A DNA stretch of 64,000 bases from a virus: IMG/VR virus record IMGVR_UViG_3300042332_001215, positions 1-64,000 of that record, one strand, 5' to 3'. The notes beneath the pieces were generated by a model. The model saw only the letters and a program-made list of their open reading frames with translations, was not told the DNA's origin and did not search any database. Position numbers and translations under genes: made by a program. This document shows positions 16,545 through 27,237 of the stretch, one piece after another. Numbering within the stretch: position 1 is the stretch's first letter; each line of letters starts with the position of its first letter.

Positions 16545-16592
16545 AACTCTGTCAGGGTTCAGAAATTAGGTCTTTAGAGTACTTAGAGACCT

Positions 16593-16943
16593 TTAAGCAA
16601 AGACTCTGTTGGGAGTGCTTGGAGATGGATCTAGAATATATTCTGTTAGTTCTTCTGGTGCAGATCCTTCAAGAATAATATTTACATGCCAACCATCTTT
16701 TGCAGTTGCTTCAGAGATAACAGTTGGATAACCATCCTCATTCATTTCATAAACTGCATCATTATTATAGATTACACCAACAACATCAATGTCACCATTA
16801 AGTTCTGGTCTCATTGAATAATATGTTGGGGGTTCTTGACCTTCTTGAAATACTGGAGAGGTTCTAATCCAGTTCAAAGATTCAAATACAGTTTTCATTT
16901 CTTCTTCAGAAGAAAACTTTAAGTAATAAGTGGTGTAAGTCAT
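16593..16943 (-). CDS. Conserved small protein associated with fibre genes (putative chaperone)
   Basis: YLKF.SE...IDVVGVIY...GWHVN; GGAGA RBS; lies after the adhesin paralogs. Confidence 0.55.
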   Translation of the reverse strand: MTYTTYYLKFSSEEEMKTVFESLNWIRTSPVFQEGQEPPTYYSMRPELNGDIDVVGVIYNNDAVYEMNEDGYPTVISEATAKDGWHVNIILEGSAPEELTEYILDPSPSTPNRVFA

Positions 16944-16959
16944 AATCTCCTTTTTGTTT

Positions 16960-19509
16960 TTATTTAGTCATATTGATTGCAGTATCAATAGATATTGGAT
17001 ACGGATAATACGAACATTTTACAATTTCTCCATTTGTTTGACTTCCTATTGAATCATTACCTATTAATAGAGCATTAAATTTATCAATTACACTGGCACC
17101 TAAAAATTGTGTATGTCTTCTAGATCCATTACAAATAATTGAAAGTTCTGTGTCATCTATTGACATTACAAATTTATCGTTTGTACCTGTTAATGAAAAT
17201 CCCACAAAATTAGTTATAAATGTTCCACTTATTCTTCCTTCACAATATGCAGTTAAAGTGTTTGGAAGAATACCTATTAAAATGTAATCTGAATTTCCAG
17301 TATTGTATAGTGCAATAATTCTTGTGAAAGATCCTGTACTTGGAACTTGTTTGATATTTTTAGTTTCTATATAAAAACTTCCAAATGAAGTTTTATTGTT
17401 AAACCAAGTACTTGTGTTTATATTGTTTATTTGTGTAATATCCCAATTTCTCGTGGTTGCAGCAGTTGAATAGATATCTGCAGATCTGGTGACATTCAAT
17501 GCCCCAGTTGCAGGAATATATGAAGATGCAGAGGCTCCTGTTTCTAACTGAGCACCCCATAGATATACACCGGAAGTTCCATCTCCTGTATATACTGAAT
17601 TGCCGGAAGAATTTAATATATTAATTAAAGGATTATTAACGGTATTTACTGATCCTTTAGTTGCGGTTAATATACATCTAAACCATCCGTCGTGATATGG
17701 AATAATTTCAGCAGATGCATTTGTATAGTCTGTTCCATTTAATCCAAAAGTTAAAGTTGCAGTTCCAGTTGTTAAGTTATATGATGCTTCAGCAACTTCA
17801 TTTAAAAAATTAGATAATTGCATAGAAATGCTATCTCTTTCTATCCTTTTTGCAAATATGCTAAAAGTTACTGTTTCATTGCTTCCAGTTCTACCGTAAA
17901 AAATTGAATGTGAAACACTTCCACTTGCAGCTGGAGATTCGATTATTCTATCTACAGTTATAGTTCCATTTGGAGCTTGTAGACCAGCAATATTAGATGA
18001 TACTGTCACTCCATTTCCTTTAGACCAATCATTTAATGACTCAGTATAACTTAAAAGATTAGTAGATGCAGGTTCTAATAGTAAAAAGTTCGCATCTAAT
18101 CCTGCAGGAAGGTAATCAAGCCTTGCCTGATTCACTGCAGCGGTATTAATTACATATGACGATCCACCATAGAAAGTTGCAGTACTAGCTCTAGAAATAA
18201 ATGTTTCAGTTGATGGAATATAAGATGTTGCAAATGTATGCACTCCATTAAATCTTTCTACTTGCCATCCCCAAATGAATAAAGAATGACCACGAACATT
18301 TGCAGTTCCTTGGTCTCTTACATATACTCTTGGATATATTGTATTATTTGTTCCGTTATTCGTAATTGCAGTAGAAACTCTAAACCAACCATTACCGTAT
18401 GGTGTTATCGTCGCATTTGCACCAGTATCTCCAATTATTGTTTGAGTTTCCCATCTAATATCAACTACAGTTTGTTGGTATGTTCCACCAGTTAATTGCA
18501 TATTGATTGTGCTTTTTGGAGAAGTTCCTGGTTTTAAAAATATAGAAAATACATAAGTTCCAGTATCTGCAGTAATAGGTTCCCATTTTTGAACAAAACA
18601 AGTATTAGAACCTCCATTTAAAGTTGCAACTAATTCATCTGCACTGAAAGTATTGTCTGGAGCTAATTCAATATTTCTTTTTACTTGTGCATTTTCTACA
18701 AAAAAATTACCCATGTCAGATTTATTTGACATAGTAATTAAATTAGTTGCCCGATACTCCATCAATAGTCCATTTGATGTTATATCATATGAAGGATCTA
18801 TAGTTGTTGTAGTTCTTACATATCTTGAAGGGCCAGAACCAACTTCTAGTTGTCCTCCCCAAACATAAACTCCAGATGTTCCATTCCCAGTATATGTATT
18901 GCTATTATTCCATATAAGAGCATATGCTCTTCCAGTTGTTGATGGAAATCCTCCTGTGATTGAACATCTATACCAGCCATTATCAATTAGTTCCATTCTG
19001 CAGGTAAACCCACCAGTTTGAACTATTGTTCCAGTTCTTAAATTAAATACTGCATATGACCCACCATGCAGAGTTAATGCAAAATTTCTATTATCAGAAT
19101 AATTTTTTGCATAAATTGACCAAGTATAAGTTGCACCTTGAGTTACAGTTCCAATATCTTGAAAGATTAAATGTTGGGTATTTGTACTATCTTCTAGAAC
19201 TAAGTTACCAGTTGTTGATCCATCTGGTGCAGTTATTGCACCTGCATTTCTACTAGAAATTCCACCTGCACTCCAGTTTGCTGTATTTTCACTCCAGGGG
19301 TATAAATTTCTAATTTGTTTTACAGAGTGATTGAATCTTGGATTGTCGAATGAACTGTATACAATTGTTCCGTCAACATTTATTGATGTGGCTCTACCAT
19401 TAGTAGATGCAGATCTAACATAATTTATTTTAGGATCTAATTTTCTAGAATTTGCAAAATCTAGATTTAGAGTTGGAGATTCTGATGGAAAATTTTGTGA
19501 AATACTCAT
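16960..19509 (-). CDS. Virion adhesin / head-spike-fibre-like protein, paralog 1 (3 carbohydrate-binding-like modules)
   Basis: Repeated NL..SE..W..AP[DN]G/GW[YF]R/WGxQLE/SYIP modules. Confidence 0.7.
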   Translation of the reverse strand: MSISQNFPSESPTLNLDFANSRKLDPKINYVRSASTNGRATSINVDGTIVYSSFDNPRFNHSVKQIRNLYPWSENTANWSAGGISSRNAGAITAPDGSTTGNLVLEDSTNTQHLIFQDIGTVTQGATYTWSIYAKNYSDNRNFALTLHGGSYAVFNLRTGTIVQTGGFTCRMELIDNGWYRCSITGGFPSTTGRAYALIWNNSNTYTGNGTSGVYVWGGQLEVGSGPSRYVRTTTTIDPSYDITSNGLLMEYRATNLITMSNKSDMGNFFVENAQVKRNIELAPDNTFSADELVATLNGGSNTCFVQKWEPITADTGTYVFSIFLKPGTSPKSTINMQLTGGTYQQTVVDIRWETQTIIGDTGANATITPYGNGWFRVSTAITNNGTNNTIYPRVYVRDQGTANVRGHSLFIWGWQVERFNGVHTFATSYIPSTETFISRASTATFYGGSSYVINTAAVNQARLDYLPAGLDANFLLLEPASTNLLSYTESLNDWSKGNGVTVSSNIAGLQAPNGTITVDRIIESPAASGSVSHSIFYGRTGSNETVTFSIFAKRIERDSISMQLSNFLNEVAEASYNLTTGTATLTFGLNGTDYTNASAEIIPYHDGWFRCILTATKGSVNTVNNPLINILNSSGNSVYTGDGTSGVYLWGAQLETGASASSYIPATGALNVTRSADIYSTAATTRNWDITQINNINTSTWFNNKTSFGSFYIETKNIKQVPSTGSFTRIIALYNTGNSDYILIGILPNTLTAYCEGRISGTFITNFVGFSLTGTNDKFVMSIDDTELSIICNGSRRHTQFLGASVIDKFNALLIGNDSIGSQTNGEIVKCSYYPYPISIDTAINMTK

Positions 19510-21380
19510 TTTACTTCTCTTAATTCAATGTTAGTTACTCTTCTAGGATAATATGACAATCTAGATATAGATCCATTCAAATAATTGTTATCTCCAAAAG
19601 ATCCAATGTCCATAGAATGTGCATTTACAATGGAATTATTTGTTTGTGCTGCATTGCCGATGGCATTAGATTTAAAAATTGCAGAGATTTCATTTCTTTT
19701 TGTAGAAGATGCTAATGTTAAAGTTTCTCCAGTATTTATTTGTTGAGAAGACGCTGTAGTTTGATATTGATTTAATTTGGAATATACTAAATGTCCATAA
19801 ATTCTAGGACCACTTTCCCACCAAATATTCCAAATCATTCCAGTTCCTACAAGTGTATAATTAGTTCTATTCAAAGTACCTAAAATTGGAAAACTATTAA
19901 ATGTAGATTTAACCACAACAGAATGTTGATCAATGCTATTATTATTTACAAATTTTATATCTGCATAACATCTATCTGCATTCCTGGTAGTTGCAGCACC
20001 ATTACAGAAAATATATGATGTTGGAATACCTAGTGCAATTTTATCTGCATTAGTTGTAATAACTGTTCCTGGTTCAATTGGTTCTAATTGATATCCCCAA
20101 ACATAGGTAAATGCACCAACTGATGCACCATCATAATCTGATCCAGGGAATATCCAGGCATTTCCATTAGTAGTTCCTGGAACAAAAGTTGCAGAAATTC
20201 TATACCAACCGTTTGGATACCTTTCAAATCTGTAGTTTCCGAAGTTACCTGGAGAGCCTGTAGTGAAAGTTTCTGTTGCAAAATTCCATGTAACTCTTCC
20301 TCCTTGAGTCCATGCACCAGTGTGTTCTATAACACAAACATCACTATTTCCTCTTTTTACAAAAAGACTCCATGTATGTGCTTTAGTTGCACCATCTGGA
20401 GTATTAATTCCTTTTGTAATTCTTTGCCAACCAGTGCCATTTTGATAAACTTTTGCTGCAGTATTAGTTCCTTCTGGATCAAATACTTCTGTAGTGTTTG
20501 GGGTATATAATGCAATCCAACCTACACCACCTGCTGTCCAAGATCCTGCAGGGAACTCAGAGAAATCAATTAAATTTGTAGATGGTCCTTCAATGAGTAA
20601 TCCAAGTGATTCTACTTTAGTTTCTGTTTTTGATGATGCAATTGGGCTTGGAATATACTCGGATACTGTAGAATTTCTTTCAAGTTGTGCTCCCCATGCA
20701 AGAATACCAGAAGTTCCATCCCCTGCATAACTGGCCAGTACAGAATTGTTCACGATTACTATCGCAGGGTATACAGTTACAGTACCAGAAATAGTCGTAG
20801 TTATACTACACCTATACCAACCATTTCCAACAGCAGTTATCGTACCTGATGTATTTGTGCCAGTAGTTAAATTTAATGTAGATACAACAGTTCCAGAATT
20901 TAAATTAAAATATACTTGTCCACCATTTACAAATCCTGCTTGTGCAACACTAATTGCTACAAAATATCTTTCCACTGCTTTAAAATATACACTAAATGTA
21001 TAAGTTCCAGATGCATTCTGAATTTCTTGATATCTATCATGAACTCCAGTGAACACTGCTTCATATAATTTTTCTGCAGTTGTTGTGCCGTTGGGAGCTA
21101 TTGCGGCATTAGTAGTAATTAATAAACTAGCTGGTCCAGAAGTTCCCCAAACAGTATTATCTTCAAAATTTTCAGATCTTCTTGTTATATTTGTAATCAC
21201 TGTAGGTTTATGATTAAATCTTGGTTCATTTGCTACAGCTATTTTAATCAGTCCATCACTACCAACATATGTGGCAGAACTTGATCTAGTATATACCAAA
21301 CCAGAGTCTAATTTTTTTGACTTTGCAAAATCAAATTCTAAGGATGGTCCTGATGAAGGAAACTTGTGTGAAATGGCCAT
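19506..21380 (-). CDS. Virion adhesin-like protein, paralog 2
   Basis: Same N-terminal anchor and two modules. Confidence 0.7.
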   Translation of the reverse strand: MAISHKFPSSGPSLEFDFAKSKKLDSGLVYTRSSSATYVGSDGLIKIAVANEPRFNHKPTVITNITRRSENFEDNTVWGTSGPASLLITTNAAIAPNGTTTAEKLYEAVFTGVHDRYQEIQNASGTYTFSVYFKAVERYFVAISVAQAGFVNGGQVYFNLNSGTVVSTLNLTTGTNTSGTITAVGNGWYRCSITTTISGTVTVYPAIVIVNNSVLASYAGDGTSGILAWGAQLERNSTVSEYIPSPIASSKTETKVESLGLLIEGPSTNLIDFSEFPAGSWTAGGVGWIALYTPNTTEVFDPEGTNTAAKVYQNGTGWQRITKGINTPDGATKAHTWSLFVKRGNSDVCVIEHTGAWTQGGRVTWNFATETFTTGSPGNFGNYRFERYPNGWYRISATFVPGTTNGNAWIFPGSDYDGASVGAFTYVWGYQLEPIEPGTVITTNADKIALGIPTSYIFCNGAATTRNADRCYADIKFVNNNSIDQHSVVVKSTFNSFPILGTLNRTNYTLVGTGMIWNIWWESGPRIYGHLVYSKLNQYQTTASSQQINTGETLTLASSTKRNEISAIFKSNAIGNAAQTNNSIVNAHSMDIGSFGDNNYLNGSISRLSYYPRRVTNIELREVK

Positions 21381-23245
21381 TATTGTGTTAGCGATTTTAA
21401 CTGTAGACTATTTAATTTTTTGGGATAATATGATACTTTTGATAGTACTAGATTTCCAAAACTACCCGAAGTATAAAAATTTCTCCCCAAAATAAATGAA
21501 TCAAAATCATAAACCAATGCATTCACATTAATTGCTGGAGTAGTTCCAATGCCATTAAAAAAGGATTCATATGAATTGATTGAGTATGAACCAGCAAGTT
21601 TATTTTTAACATTTACTGCGGAATTAAATGTGCCTATTGAACTTGAATTTATAGTTTGCGATCTAGTTGCAACATATTGTCCATATGCATTGTATGGATT
21701 TAAAATTAGGAAATTAAATGGTGCTGGATCAGTTTGAGAAGAAACTCCAAATACTCCTCCAAATAAATCATTGCCCAAAGTTCCCTTTGGAGTAAATTCT
21801 GCAAAGAAAGTTCCTTCATATGGATTATAAGTTCTAGTAAACCCAGAACCAATAATACTTGCAAGGTCTCCTCCTGTACTTACAGTTGAACCTGTAGTTT
21901 TTTTGTATGATGTTGGGTATGAATGATTTTCAAATTGATCTCCCCATATTAATATATCTACATCATTTTCATTAAATCGTATTTCTGATAATGTTGAAAG
22001 TAAAGTTCCTGCACCATTATAAGTTCTAAATGAAAGTGAAACTCTATACCAATTGTTCAGTAGTGGTTCTATAGTTGCAAATCCATATGGAGATACAGTT
22101 GCATCTGTATTTGCAGTTATTATTGGAGTATCAAACGATCCATTTCCAGTCAGATGAAATGTACCACTTACTCTATATGTGTAGTTGTCTCCAGAACCAA
22201 TATTTACATTATTTACTAAATCAAGTCTAACTTTACTAGTGCCATTTGGTTTAACAAATACAGAATAACACATTGGAGTTGCTTTTGTAGTTCCAGGTGC
22301 AGCACTTAATATAGTAGTAATTCTTGCAGCACCTTGACTAGCCACCATTCGTGTTGCAGTATTAGTTCCGTCTGGAGTGACTCCAGCACTACTTGTAAGT
22401 GTAGGAGAATTATTTAAATATTTTGTACCAGACCCACCCGCACCATTCGACCAACTATCAGTAAAAGTTTCACTAAATCTTGAAAAATTAGTAGATGGTG
22501 GTTCTATCAATAGACCAGATGATGTTGGTTTTCTTACATTACTTGTAGTTGTATGTACATATTCAGTTACTGTAGAACCTTCTTCTAGCTGTGGTGCCCA
22601 GAGAAACACAGTTCCAGAAGTTTGGAAATAAACTTGAAATCTTAAATAGTCATTCCCTGCAACTGTTCCAGTAAAAGTAAAATAAATTCTGTACCAATCA
22701 TTTGGATATCTAACTACAGTATGATTTGATCCTCCATTGGTTGATATAATAGTACCAGTTACTGGATTAAATCTGAAATTAAATCCTTGCTGTTGATCAT
22801 ATAAGAAAAATCCTGATAATACTACAGAAGTTTGAGTTCCTGCCTTTACAAAAATGGATGCAGTATATGTACCATTGCCTCTAGCAAAAACATCCTGATA
22901 AATTGACTCTGCACCAGATCCTCCTGCAGTTGCAGTCACTAAAGATGCAGTGGTAGTTCCATCTGGTGCAGTTGCATTAAACCCAGTGGTAGTTACAGAA
23001 CCACCTACTTCAATTTCACTCCAAGGAACAAATGTTTCTGTAAATGGTAATAAATTTCGTTGGGTTCTAAAGTCAAAACAAAACCTTGGAGTATCTGCTG
23101 GAAGAGTTTTTAACTGTCCAGTTTCATCAATAAATGAACCAGAAGTACTTCTAGTAAATAATATTCTTGGATCTAATTTTTGAGACTTTGCAAAGTCTAT
23201 AGACAAAGATGGATATTCGTCTGTGAAATTTTGAGAGATTGCCAT
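21380..23245 (-). CDS. Virion adhesin-like protein, paralog 3
   Basis: Same N-terminal anchor and two modules. Confidence 0.7.
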   Translation of the reverse strand: MAISQNFTDEYPSLSIDFAKSQKLDPRILFTRSTSGSFIDETGQLKTLPADTPRFCFDFRTQRNLLPFTETFVPWSEIEVGGSVTTTGFNATAPDGTTTASLVTATAGGSGAESIYQDVFARGNGTYTASIFVKAGTQTSVVLSGFFLYDQQQGFNFRFNPVTGTIISTNGGSNHTVVRYPNDWYRIYFTFTGTVAGNDYLRFQVYFQTSGTVFLWAPQLEEGSTVTEYVHTTTSNVRKPTSSGLLIEPPSTNFSRFSETFTDSWSNGAGGSGTKYLNNSPTLTSSAGVTPDGTNTATRMVASQGAARITTILSAAPGTTKATPMCYSVFVKPNGTSKVRLDLVNNVNIGSGDNYTYRVSGTFHLTGNGSFDTPIITANTDATVSPYGFATIEPLLNNWYRVSLSFRTYNGAGTLLSTLSEIRFNENDVDILIWGDQFENHSYPTSYKKTTGSTVSTGGDLASIIGSGFTRTYNPYEGTFFAEFTPKGTLGNDLFGGVFGVSSQTDPAPFNFLILNPYNAYGQYVATRSQTINSSSIGTFNSAVNVKNKLAGSYSINSYESFFNGIGTTPAINVNALVYDFDSFILGRNFYTSGSFGNLVLSKVSYYPKKLNSLQLKSLTQ

Positions 23246-23248
23246 AAT

Positions 23249-24547
23249 TTACCTCACTAACCACTCTTCTACAGTTGCACTAATATCTCGCATTTTGATC
23301 CACCTTTCTGCTACTGGTTGCCCTTTACGAAGTCTGAGTTTACCAACTAATCCAACTGGAGACCATTCAGGCCTATCTTCTCTAGAAATATATTCCTGAG
23401 TTGCATCATACTCGGGATTTAATTTGCGATGCATAAATCTTTTTCCATTATCTTCATGAGTTTTAACTATTGCATCTTCTGGAACTATAACACCTTCTGG
23501 AATATTCCAATCTTCAATAGTTTTTGTAACTTCCATTGGAGTTCCAGATTCATCTGTAATAATTTCTTTCCATTCTAAAACATTATGTTCTTCCCAAATA
23601 TAACAATTAAATTCATCTTTTAAATACTTATCTGCCCAGTGATTCCATGCATTATCTGCAAGAACTGCAGGATTTCCAGATACAACTCCAATAATATTTT
23701 CATCTCCTTCAATAGATTTACGAATTTGTGTGCCAACTAAAGTTACACTATATCCTCTGCGGTCTTCATTATTGGGATTGCCATCTTCCCATTCAAACAT
23801 CTCAGCATAGTCTGCAGGACTGGACATGGTTGTGCCACCGTCACTGAAAACTACTCCATCGCCTCTAACTGTAAATTCATTATCTGAATAGGCTCCAGAA
23901 GCATATAACACAAAAGTATATCCATTACTGGCAGATCTATACACTGTGTTTTGAGATAATGTTGAACCATAACTAAAATTACGATTTTCTACAATTAAAC
24001 TAGGATGTGCAGAATTTGCAACAAATTCATTGGTCAATAATGCACTATTAACATAAGACCCATCAGTAGTTACCTTTAAAGCTCCACCATTCATCAACCT
24101 CATTCTTTCATTGTTATTGCCAGTCCAAACATAAGTTCCAGTAGTATCACTATTTCCAAATCTTAAACGATTTCCACCTTCAACATCAATAAAATATCCT
24201 ACATTACCATTGATATAATCAAATTGAAGTTCTCCACCTTCAGTTGCAGCATTAGGTTTTAATCTAAGTTCTCTTCCAACATGTATTGGGCCAGAAGTTT
24301 GACTTCCTAATGTTAATGGTTGAGCACTCCCAGGTAAAATGGATCCTGCTCTTTCAAATCTTAAGTTAACATTATTAATACCATCACCAATATAAACATC
24401 AGCTGCAGTATTACCGACAGATAAACTACCTCCAGTATTGGTAATGGCTAAATTGCCATTGGCATCTATTCTCATTAATGCCTTTGATGAATTATTATCT
24501 TGAAAATCTATTTGGCCAGAAGCTGGCGTTATGATTACATCAGGCAT
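23249..24547 (-). CDS. Tail fibre/spike with C-terminal Peptidase_G2 autocleaving chaperone domain
   Basis: ADYAEMFEWEDGNP..EDRRG...YISREDRPEWSPVGLVGKL. Confidence 0.8.
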   Translation of the reverse strand: MPDVIITPASGQIDFQDNNSSKALMRIDANGNLAITNTGGSLSVGNTAADVYIGDGINNVNLRFERAGSILPGSAQPLTLGSQTSGPIHVGRELRLKPNAATEGGELQFDYINGNVGYFIDVEGGNRLRFGNSDTTGTYVWTGNNNERMRLMNGGALKVTTDGSYVNSALLTNEFVANSAHPSLIVENRNFSYGSTLSQNTVYRSASNGYTFVLYASGAYSDNEFTVRGDGVVFSDGGTTMSSPADYAEMFEWEDGNPNNEDRRGYSVTLVGTQIRKSIEGDENIIGVVSGNPAVLADNAWNHWADKYLKDEFNCYIWEEHNVLEWKEIITDESGTPMEVTKTIEDWNIPEGVIVPEDAIVKTHEDNGKRFMHRKLNPEYDATQEYISREDRPEWSPVGLVGKLRLRKGQPVAERWIKMRDISATVEEWLVR

Positions 24548-27033
24548 TAGATAAACCTCCCTCCGATACGAGTAATTAATGCACCAAATACACTTCTAAT
24601 ACTATAATTTAGTCTAGGTTGGCTGCCACAATTGGCAACATCAAAAGCAGAATTTGGATATGTTCTGTCTAGATAAAGTTCGATATTTTTCATCCAGAAT
24701 CCTTCTGCAGTATCAGTATTGCTCCCAGCAGTAATACCAACTTGAATATTTCTTGCGAAATTAACTGGGTTAATTGTAATTCGTCTTTCTTCATAATTTG
24801 ATACCGACGCTGCAGTAAATGCAATTGATGTCTGCCCACCTGCAAGTCTTGTACTCCACTGGCCACCAGAGTTACTTAATTGATTTGGTGAAATTGCCAG
24901 TTGAAGATCTCTTGCTTCTAAAGTTGGATAGTTAGAGCCAGACCAACCAGTTGCAAGTTTAATATTTGCACTAATTCTAAGTGTAGCTCCTGCAGGAACT
25001 AATATAGTTTCTGTAAATGCATATCCGTATTCATTATAATCATATCTGAATAATACTCTCCATGCATTTTCAGTATTATCCCAAAATCTTTCACAACCAG
25101 TTGCATATTGTCTGACTGCATCATACTCAAAATTATCTTCAAAAATAGTAAATGAACTATACCCAAGATTGCCACGATCTTGTTGCCTAAGACCAGGACC
25201 AGCTTGAGCAGTTCCTAATTGTGGATTGATTAATCCCGAAAGATATCTACTACTTGAATAGTATATTGAGTTTACAATAGTTTCAAAATTATGTCCGTAT
25301 CTCAACCCAGTAAATTTAAATTTATACCCTCCAAGTGCGGCTTGTTGACTATTAAAGTGTGATACTCCATAAGCACCGGCATCAGCAATGAAATCATGAT
25401 ATCCTAAACCATATTCATATGGATGTAACCATCTCATATGGTTGTCTGCTCTACTTGAATAATTGTATGCAAATTCTCCAAGTTCATGGAGTCCTTCGGA
25501 TCTATAATTTGTAGATTGATTTCTAGTTGATATGCAGTTATACACAGCTTGTCCTGGTTGATACCAAGGTGCATTAAAACCATTCCAAGTATTTGCACAA
25601 AAACAGTTTCGTAGTTTTACATATCTACAGTCCCAAGAAAATACTCCACCAATATCAATTACTGCAAGAGTTCCATTTACAGTAAATCCTTCAAACCATC
25701 CATTTCTTTGATGATTTCCAATTGTTTGAGAAATAGTTACTGGAAGTGAGTTTGAACTACACCAGCCTCTAAAACTCACTCCTCTTGCATTACCATCTAC
25801 TGAGTTTCCGACTCTTCTGAACTGAACATCTTTAATAACTATTTTTTTATTGAAATTGGCAATTGTGTTATAATCTCCAGTACCAACATAATAATCAGTA
25901 TGAAAAAAAGCATGGTCACTATCAGTGACTCCTCTAATTTTAATTCTTCTGGTGAGTCTAGTAACTAATGCACCAGACACAACAGTATATGGAAGAGTTG
26001 CACTTAAAGTTATGACATTTCCACTCACCGATGATACTGTACGCATTGTATCATATGCGTTCCATCCAAAATCTGTAGAACCTCCAACTTCACTTCTTGC
26101 TTCTATCCAAATTTCATCTCCAGCAGCAAACCTAGTAGCATCTGCAACTGTAATAGTAGAAGTTCCTGAGTTTGATTGTGCAGTTGTTACTGTTGCAACC
26201 TTTCTGATTTTTTCTCCACTATCATGAAATTTTTCTGTACCTGATAGATAAACTGGCAAGTTTGCAATAGTTCCAGTTGTTGTAGTATCAAATGTTAAAG
26301 TATTGGTTGCATAATCAATTGCAGTAATAAGTTCTGTATTTCTGTTTGTACCTGTTCCAAAAATAACTCTTTGACCTACTCTGAAAACTTTAGCATTTGA
26401 AACTCGAACTATATTGGTTCCAGCTACTGCATTAGATGCTATAGTTGCATCTGGAAATACAAATTGTCTAATAAAGATGGTATTTCCACTAATGTCATGA
26501 ATCCAGAATCCTTCATCACGCATTGTACCATAATATGCTTCATCTGCAGTTGACCCATATGAATTATTGAAAATACTTATCCATTCACCCGCAGCAAATC
26601 CAGTTGAACTTGCTACAGAAAAACCATATGAATTTTCTGCATGTGCAGAAGTTGTGGTAGTAGATGGCATTCCATCTTCACCCTCTGCAATGAAAGCTGC
26701 AGCCGCCTCATTATATACCCACAATCCGTGGTTATCTGCGTTGGTTCCTGTAAATTCACATATTGCATCTCCTCGCATGTGATAAGTTCCCCCACCCCTT
26801 ACATGCAATCTACCATTCATTCTAATAGTGCTTGTACCACTAGAAGTATGTTGAAGAATTCCAAAAATGTTTGAATCTTCAAATCCATTAGTATGTACTG
26901 GAGTAGATGCGTCAACAGTTACAGTATGTCCAGCATTAATTTGAAACCCATCTCTGTTTGCTGGTACTACACCACCACTCCATGTACTGGTTGCACTAAA
27001 GTTTCCTGATTGTGCTGATTGAATATATGCCAT
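24547..27033 (-). CDS. Virion structural protein, G8-like N-terminus plus probable beta-helix
   Basis: SAQSGNFSATSTWSGGVVP..I.AGHTVT.D; repeated V..A..F..G..I modules. Confidence 0.6.
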   Translation of the reverse strand: MAYIQSAQSGNFSATSTWSGGVVPANRDGFQINAGHTVTVDASTPVHTNGFEDSNIFGILQHTSSGTSTIRMNGRLHVRGGGTYHMRGDAICEFTGTNADNHGLWVYNEAAAAFIAEGEDGMPSTTTTSAHAENSYGFSVASSTGFAAGEWISIFNNSYGSTADEAYYGTMRDEGFWIHDISGNTIFIRQFVFPDATIASNAVAGTNIVRVSNAKVFRVGQRVIFGTGTNRNTELITAIDYATNTLTFDTTTTGTIANLPVYLSGTEKFHDSGEKIRKVATVTTAQSNSGTSTITVADATRFAAGDEIWIEARSEVGGSTDFGWNAYDTMRTVSSVSGNVITLSATLPYTVVSGALVTRLTRRIKIRGVTDSDHAFFHTDYYVGTGDYNTIANFNKKIVIKDVQFRRVGNSVDGNARGVSFRGWCSSNSLPVTISQTIGNHQRNGWFEGFTVNGTLAVIDIGGVFSWDCRYVKLRNCFCANTWNGFNAPWYQPGQAVYNCISTRNQSTNYRSEGLHELGEFAYNYSSRADNHMRWLHPYEYGLGYHDFIADAGAYGVSHFNSQQAALGGYKFKFTGLRYGHNFETIVNSIYYSSSRYLSGLINPQLGTAQAGPGLRQQDRGNLGYSSFTIFEDNFEYDAVRQYATGCERFWDNTENAWRVLFRYDYNEYGYAFTETILVPAGATLRISANIKLATGWSGSNYPTLEARDLQLAISPNQLSNSGGQWSTRLAGGQTSIAFTAASVSNYEERRITINPVNFARNIQVGITAGSNTDTAEGFWMKNIELYLDRTYPNSAFDVANCGSQPRLNYSIRSVFGALITRIGGRFI

Positions 27034-27209
27034 TATACCACACTCCTATCAGTAATCAATTGCTCATATACATTTGGCATAGAGTACTCTGGCTTTACAA
27101 CTTCTACCACGATCTCTCCATCATTTTCATAAACTTCATTAATAAGAACTGATGAATCATCACAGGTTACATCCAAAGTTGTTTTGTTTATCGTTAAACG
27201 AATATTCAT
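27033..27209 (-). CDS. 58-aa hypothetical protein (not in ORF track)
   Basis: MNIRLTINK...DRSVV*; GAGG RBS, late promoter, TAATG coupling to the next gene. Confidence 0.65.
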   Translation of the reverse strand: MNIRLTINKTTLDVTCDDSSVLINEVYENDGEIVVEVVKPEYSMPNVYEQLITDRSVV

Positions 27210-27229
27210 TGATAATTACCTCTTCTTAG

Positions 27230-27237
27230 TATTTATG
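27230..27237 (-). promoter_or_regulatory. Late promoter (CATAAATA)
   Basis: Overlaps the stop of the long fibre gene. Confidence 0.55.
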
